Below, piece after piece: positions 61,808 to 64,000 of a stretch of DNA of 64,000 bases. The translations under genes and the position numbers were made by a program. Location of the stretch: contig JANXSD010000157.1 in NCBI GenBank assembly GCA_025352785.1, forward strand, positions 4,010 to 68,009. Reading direction: 5' to 3'. The DNA is from Bacteroidota bacterium. GTDB lineage: Bacteria; Bacteroidota; Bacteroidia; AKYH767-A; OLB10. The notes beneath the pieces are model-generated. The model saw only the letters and a list, made by a program, of their open reading frames with translations, did no database searches and was not told where the DNA came from. Positions within the stretch are counted from its first letter, which is position 1; every line of letters starts with the position of its first letter.

Positions 61808-64000
61808 TTACCGAATAGTAACCATCTCACGATATTTTGGTAGTGGCCATGATTCATCATCTACAATTAATTCAAGTTTATCTACGTTGTAACGGATGAT
61901 TTCGAAATACGTTTTCACTTTATCACAATAAGCAATGGCGCGTGATCGTAGATTCTCAATTGAATTTGCCTTTTTACGCACCTCTAACATCTCATCAACA
62001 TTTGCTTTAATGATAACAATATGAGCAGAAATTTCTTTGATGATTTCTACTTGTGCAGCGTAGGTTTCCTTAGCTAATCCGATTTCTTTCATCCCACGAA
62101 CATTATCAATAAGTAATGTTTGATATTTGATTGCAGCTGGGAGTATATGATTGATTGCAACTGATCCCATTACACGTGATTCGATTTGAATTTTTTTGAT
62201 ATATGTTTCAAGCATTATCTCATGACGCGCTTCTAATTCACGGTGAGTGAAAATATTATTTCGCTCGAACAAACTCAATGTTGTTTTAGTCAAAAAAGCA
62301 TCTAATGCAACTGGTGTTGTTGTTACATTACTCAATCCGCGTTTCTTGGCTTCTTTCTTCCACTCTTCACCATACCCATTTCCTTCAAAACGAATTGCTT
62401 TTGATTCTACAATATATTTACGAAGTATTTTCAATATTGCTTCATCAGTTTTTGTTCCCTTCTTCGTCATACTTTCTACTTCAGTATGAAACGTCCTTAA
62501 TTGATCAGCAACAATTGTATTTAAAATTGTCATTGGATGTCCGCAATTTGCAGAAGAACCTACTGCACGAAATTCAAATTTATTTCCAGTAAATGCGAAA
62601 GGAGAAGTACGATTACGATCTGTATTATCCAAAAGTATTTCGGGAATTTTTCCGATGTTCAACTTCAAAGCAGTCTTTTCTTCGGGTGTCATCTTTTTAT
62701 CTTTTACAGATTTTTCGATTTCATCCAACACGGCGTTTAATTGTCCGCCAAGAAATATTGACATGATCGCTGGAGGTGCTTCATTAGCTCCCAGACGATG
62801 ATCATTACTTGCAGAAGCAATTCCAGCACGCATCAAATCAGCATGATCATGAACAGCCTTAATAATATTGATAAAGATGGTTAGGAACAACAAATTACTT
62901 TTCGGAGAATTTCCAGGAGACAATAAATTCTTTCCAGTATCCGTTGACATACTCCAGTTGTTATGTTTACCAGATCCATTCATGCCAGCATAAGGTTTTT
63001 CATGCAACAACACTTTGAAATGGTGCTTACGCGCTATCTTATCCATCAAATCCATCAATAACGAATTGTGATCAACGGCTAAATTAATGTCTTCAAAAAT
63101 TGGTGCGCACTCAAATTGTGAAGGTGCAACTTCATTATGACGAGTCTTTAAAGGAATACCTAATTTCCATGATTCAATTTCGAGATCAACCATGAATCCA
63201 TATACACGAGCGGGTATTGATCCAAAATAATGATCGTCTAACTGTTGAGATTTTGCTGCATTTGCACCGAACAATGTGCGACCCGTCATTTCTAAATCAG
63301 GACGTGCATTAAACAAATCAATATCTACAAGAAAATATTCCTGTTCAATACCTAGTGTCGACCAAACATGCGTTACATTCTTATCAAAATATTGACAAAC
63401 AGGAATTGCTGCTTGATTCAGCGCCGAAAGTGCTTTTAATAATGGAGCTTTAAAATCTAATGTTTCACCAGTATAAGAAACAAAAATTGTTGGGATACAT
63501 AATGTTTTTCCACCAGGACCTTCCATCACGAATGCAGGAGAACTTGGATCCCAAGCGGTATAACCTCGAGCTTCAAAAGTATTACGAATTCCACCATTAG
63601 GAAAAGAAGAAGCATCAGGTTCTTGTTGTACTAATGCACTTGAACTAAATGATTCCATCGGACGCTGCTCATCACTTAACTCAAAGAAGGCATCATGCTT
63701 TTCTGCAGTAGAACCAGTGAGGGGTTGAAACCAATGTGTATAATGTGTAGCGCCTAAACTTATCGCCCATGTTTTCATTGAAGTAGCCACTAACTCCGCA
63801 ACTTTACGATCAATCCGTTGACCCGTTGATGTTGCTTCTTGTACTTGTTTGAATACATCTTTTGAAAGATACTTGTGCATCTTTTCCTTATCAAAAACAT
63901 TCGTTGCAAAATAATCCGATACCTTATTAGAAGGCGGAATTACAGCAATTGGTGTACGGTTAATGCTACTTTCAAGCGCTTTAAAACGAAGAATGGCCAT
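61808..64000 (-). CDS. glnA: Glutamine synthetase type III
   Basis: THYTHWFQPL, EPDASSFP, EQEYF, HNEVAP, GSGKHNNWS, DRNRTSPFAFTGNKFEFR. Confidence 0.95.
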   Translation of the reverse strand: MAILRFKALESSINRTPIAVIPPSNKVSDYFATNVFDKEKMHKYLSKDVFKQVQEATSTGQRIDRKVAELVATSMKTWAISLGATHYTHWFQPLTGSTAEKHDAFFELSDEQRPMESFSSSALVQQEPDASSFPNGGIRNTFEARGYTAWDPSSPAFVMEGPGGKTLCIPTIFVSYTGETLDFKAPLLKALSALNQAAIPVCQYFDKNVTHVWSTLGIEQEYFLVDIDLFNARPDLEMTGRTLFGANAAKSQQLDDHYFGSIPARVYGFMVDLEIESWKLGIPLKTRHNEVAPSQFECAPIFEDINLAVDHNSLLMDLMDKIARKHHFKVLLHEKPYAGMNGSGKHNNWSMSTDTGKNLLSPGNSPKSNLLFLTIFINIIKAVHDHADLMRAGIASASNDHRLGANEAPPAIMSIFLGGQLNAVLDEIEKSVKDKKMTPEEKTALKLNIGKIPEILLDNTDRNRTSPFAFTGNKFEFRAVGSSANCGHPMTILNTIVADQLRTFHTEVESMTKKGTKTDEAILKILRKYIVESKAIRFEGNGYGEEWKKEAKKRGLSNVTTTPVALDAFLTKTTLSLFERNNIFTHRELEARHEIMLETYIKKIQIESRVMGSVAINHILPAAIKYQTLLIDNVRGMKEIGLAKETYAAQVEIIKEISAHIVIIKANVDEMLEVRKKANSIENLRSRAIAYCDKVKTYFEIIRYNVDKLELIVDDESWPLPKYREMVTIR

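Noticed and set aside
63998-64000. GS-III truncated at the window edge
   Set aside because: MAILRFKAL matches the usual N-terminus of Bacteroidota GS-III, so the gene appears complete; only its upstream region is outside the window.

Overview
A low-GC (roughly mid-30s %, by eye) chromosomal segment from a Bacteroidota bacterium. The assignment rests on TAnnTTTG -7 promoters, T9SS C-terminal domains, bS21 with Tyr54 and the rpsU-xerC-hpf-tRNA-tuf-secE-nusG-rplKAJL-rpoB gene order. It is probably not Flavobacteriales, because rpsU has no Shine-Dalgarno sequence. The first 11 kb is the core transcription/translation cluster, with five tRNAs and a 3'-truncated rpoB that the ORF track misses. The rest is mostly housekeeping: beta-oxidation, gdh, psd, folE, fabD, purB, aconitase and GS-III. 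Accessory modules are interspersed: (1) msrB with a cytochrome b and a Mo-oxidoreductase; (2) an AGMO-like di-iron hydroxylase and a C-X5-HGH (PTPS-II-type) pterin synthase next to folE; (3) a TMEM260/DUF2723 GT-C protein; (4) an AT-rich T9SS cargo block; (5) a T9SS LRR protein and a PKD+C2-like lipoprotein; (6) a GT-C/GT4/flippase cassette behind a TonB receptor. Features absent from the ORF track include two MITE-like elements, two pseudogene relics (one split by a MITE), a perfect 28-bp palindrome over the purB stop, a 70-bp tandem REP-like repeat and structured r-protein leaders. No CRISPR, prophage, transposase or recognisable defence system was seen. All family calls are from motif recognition by eye, not database searches.
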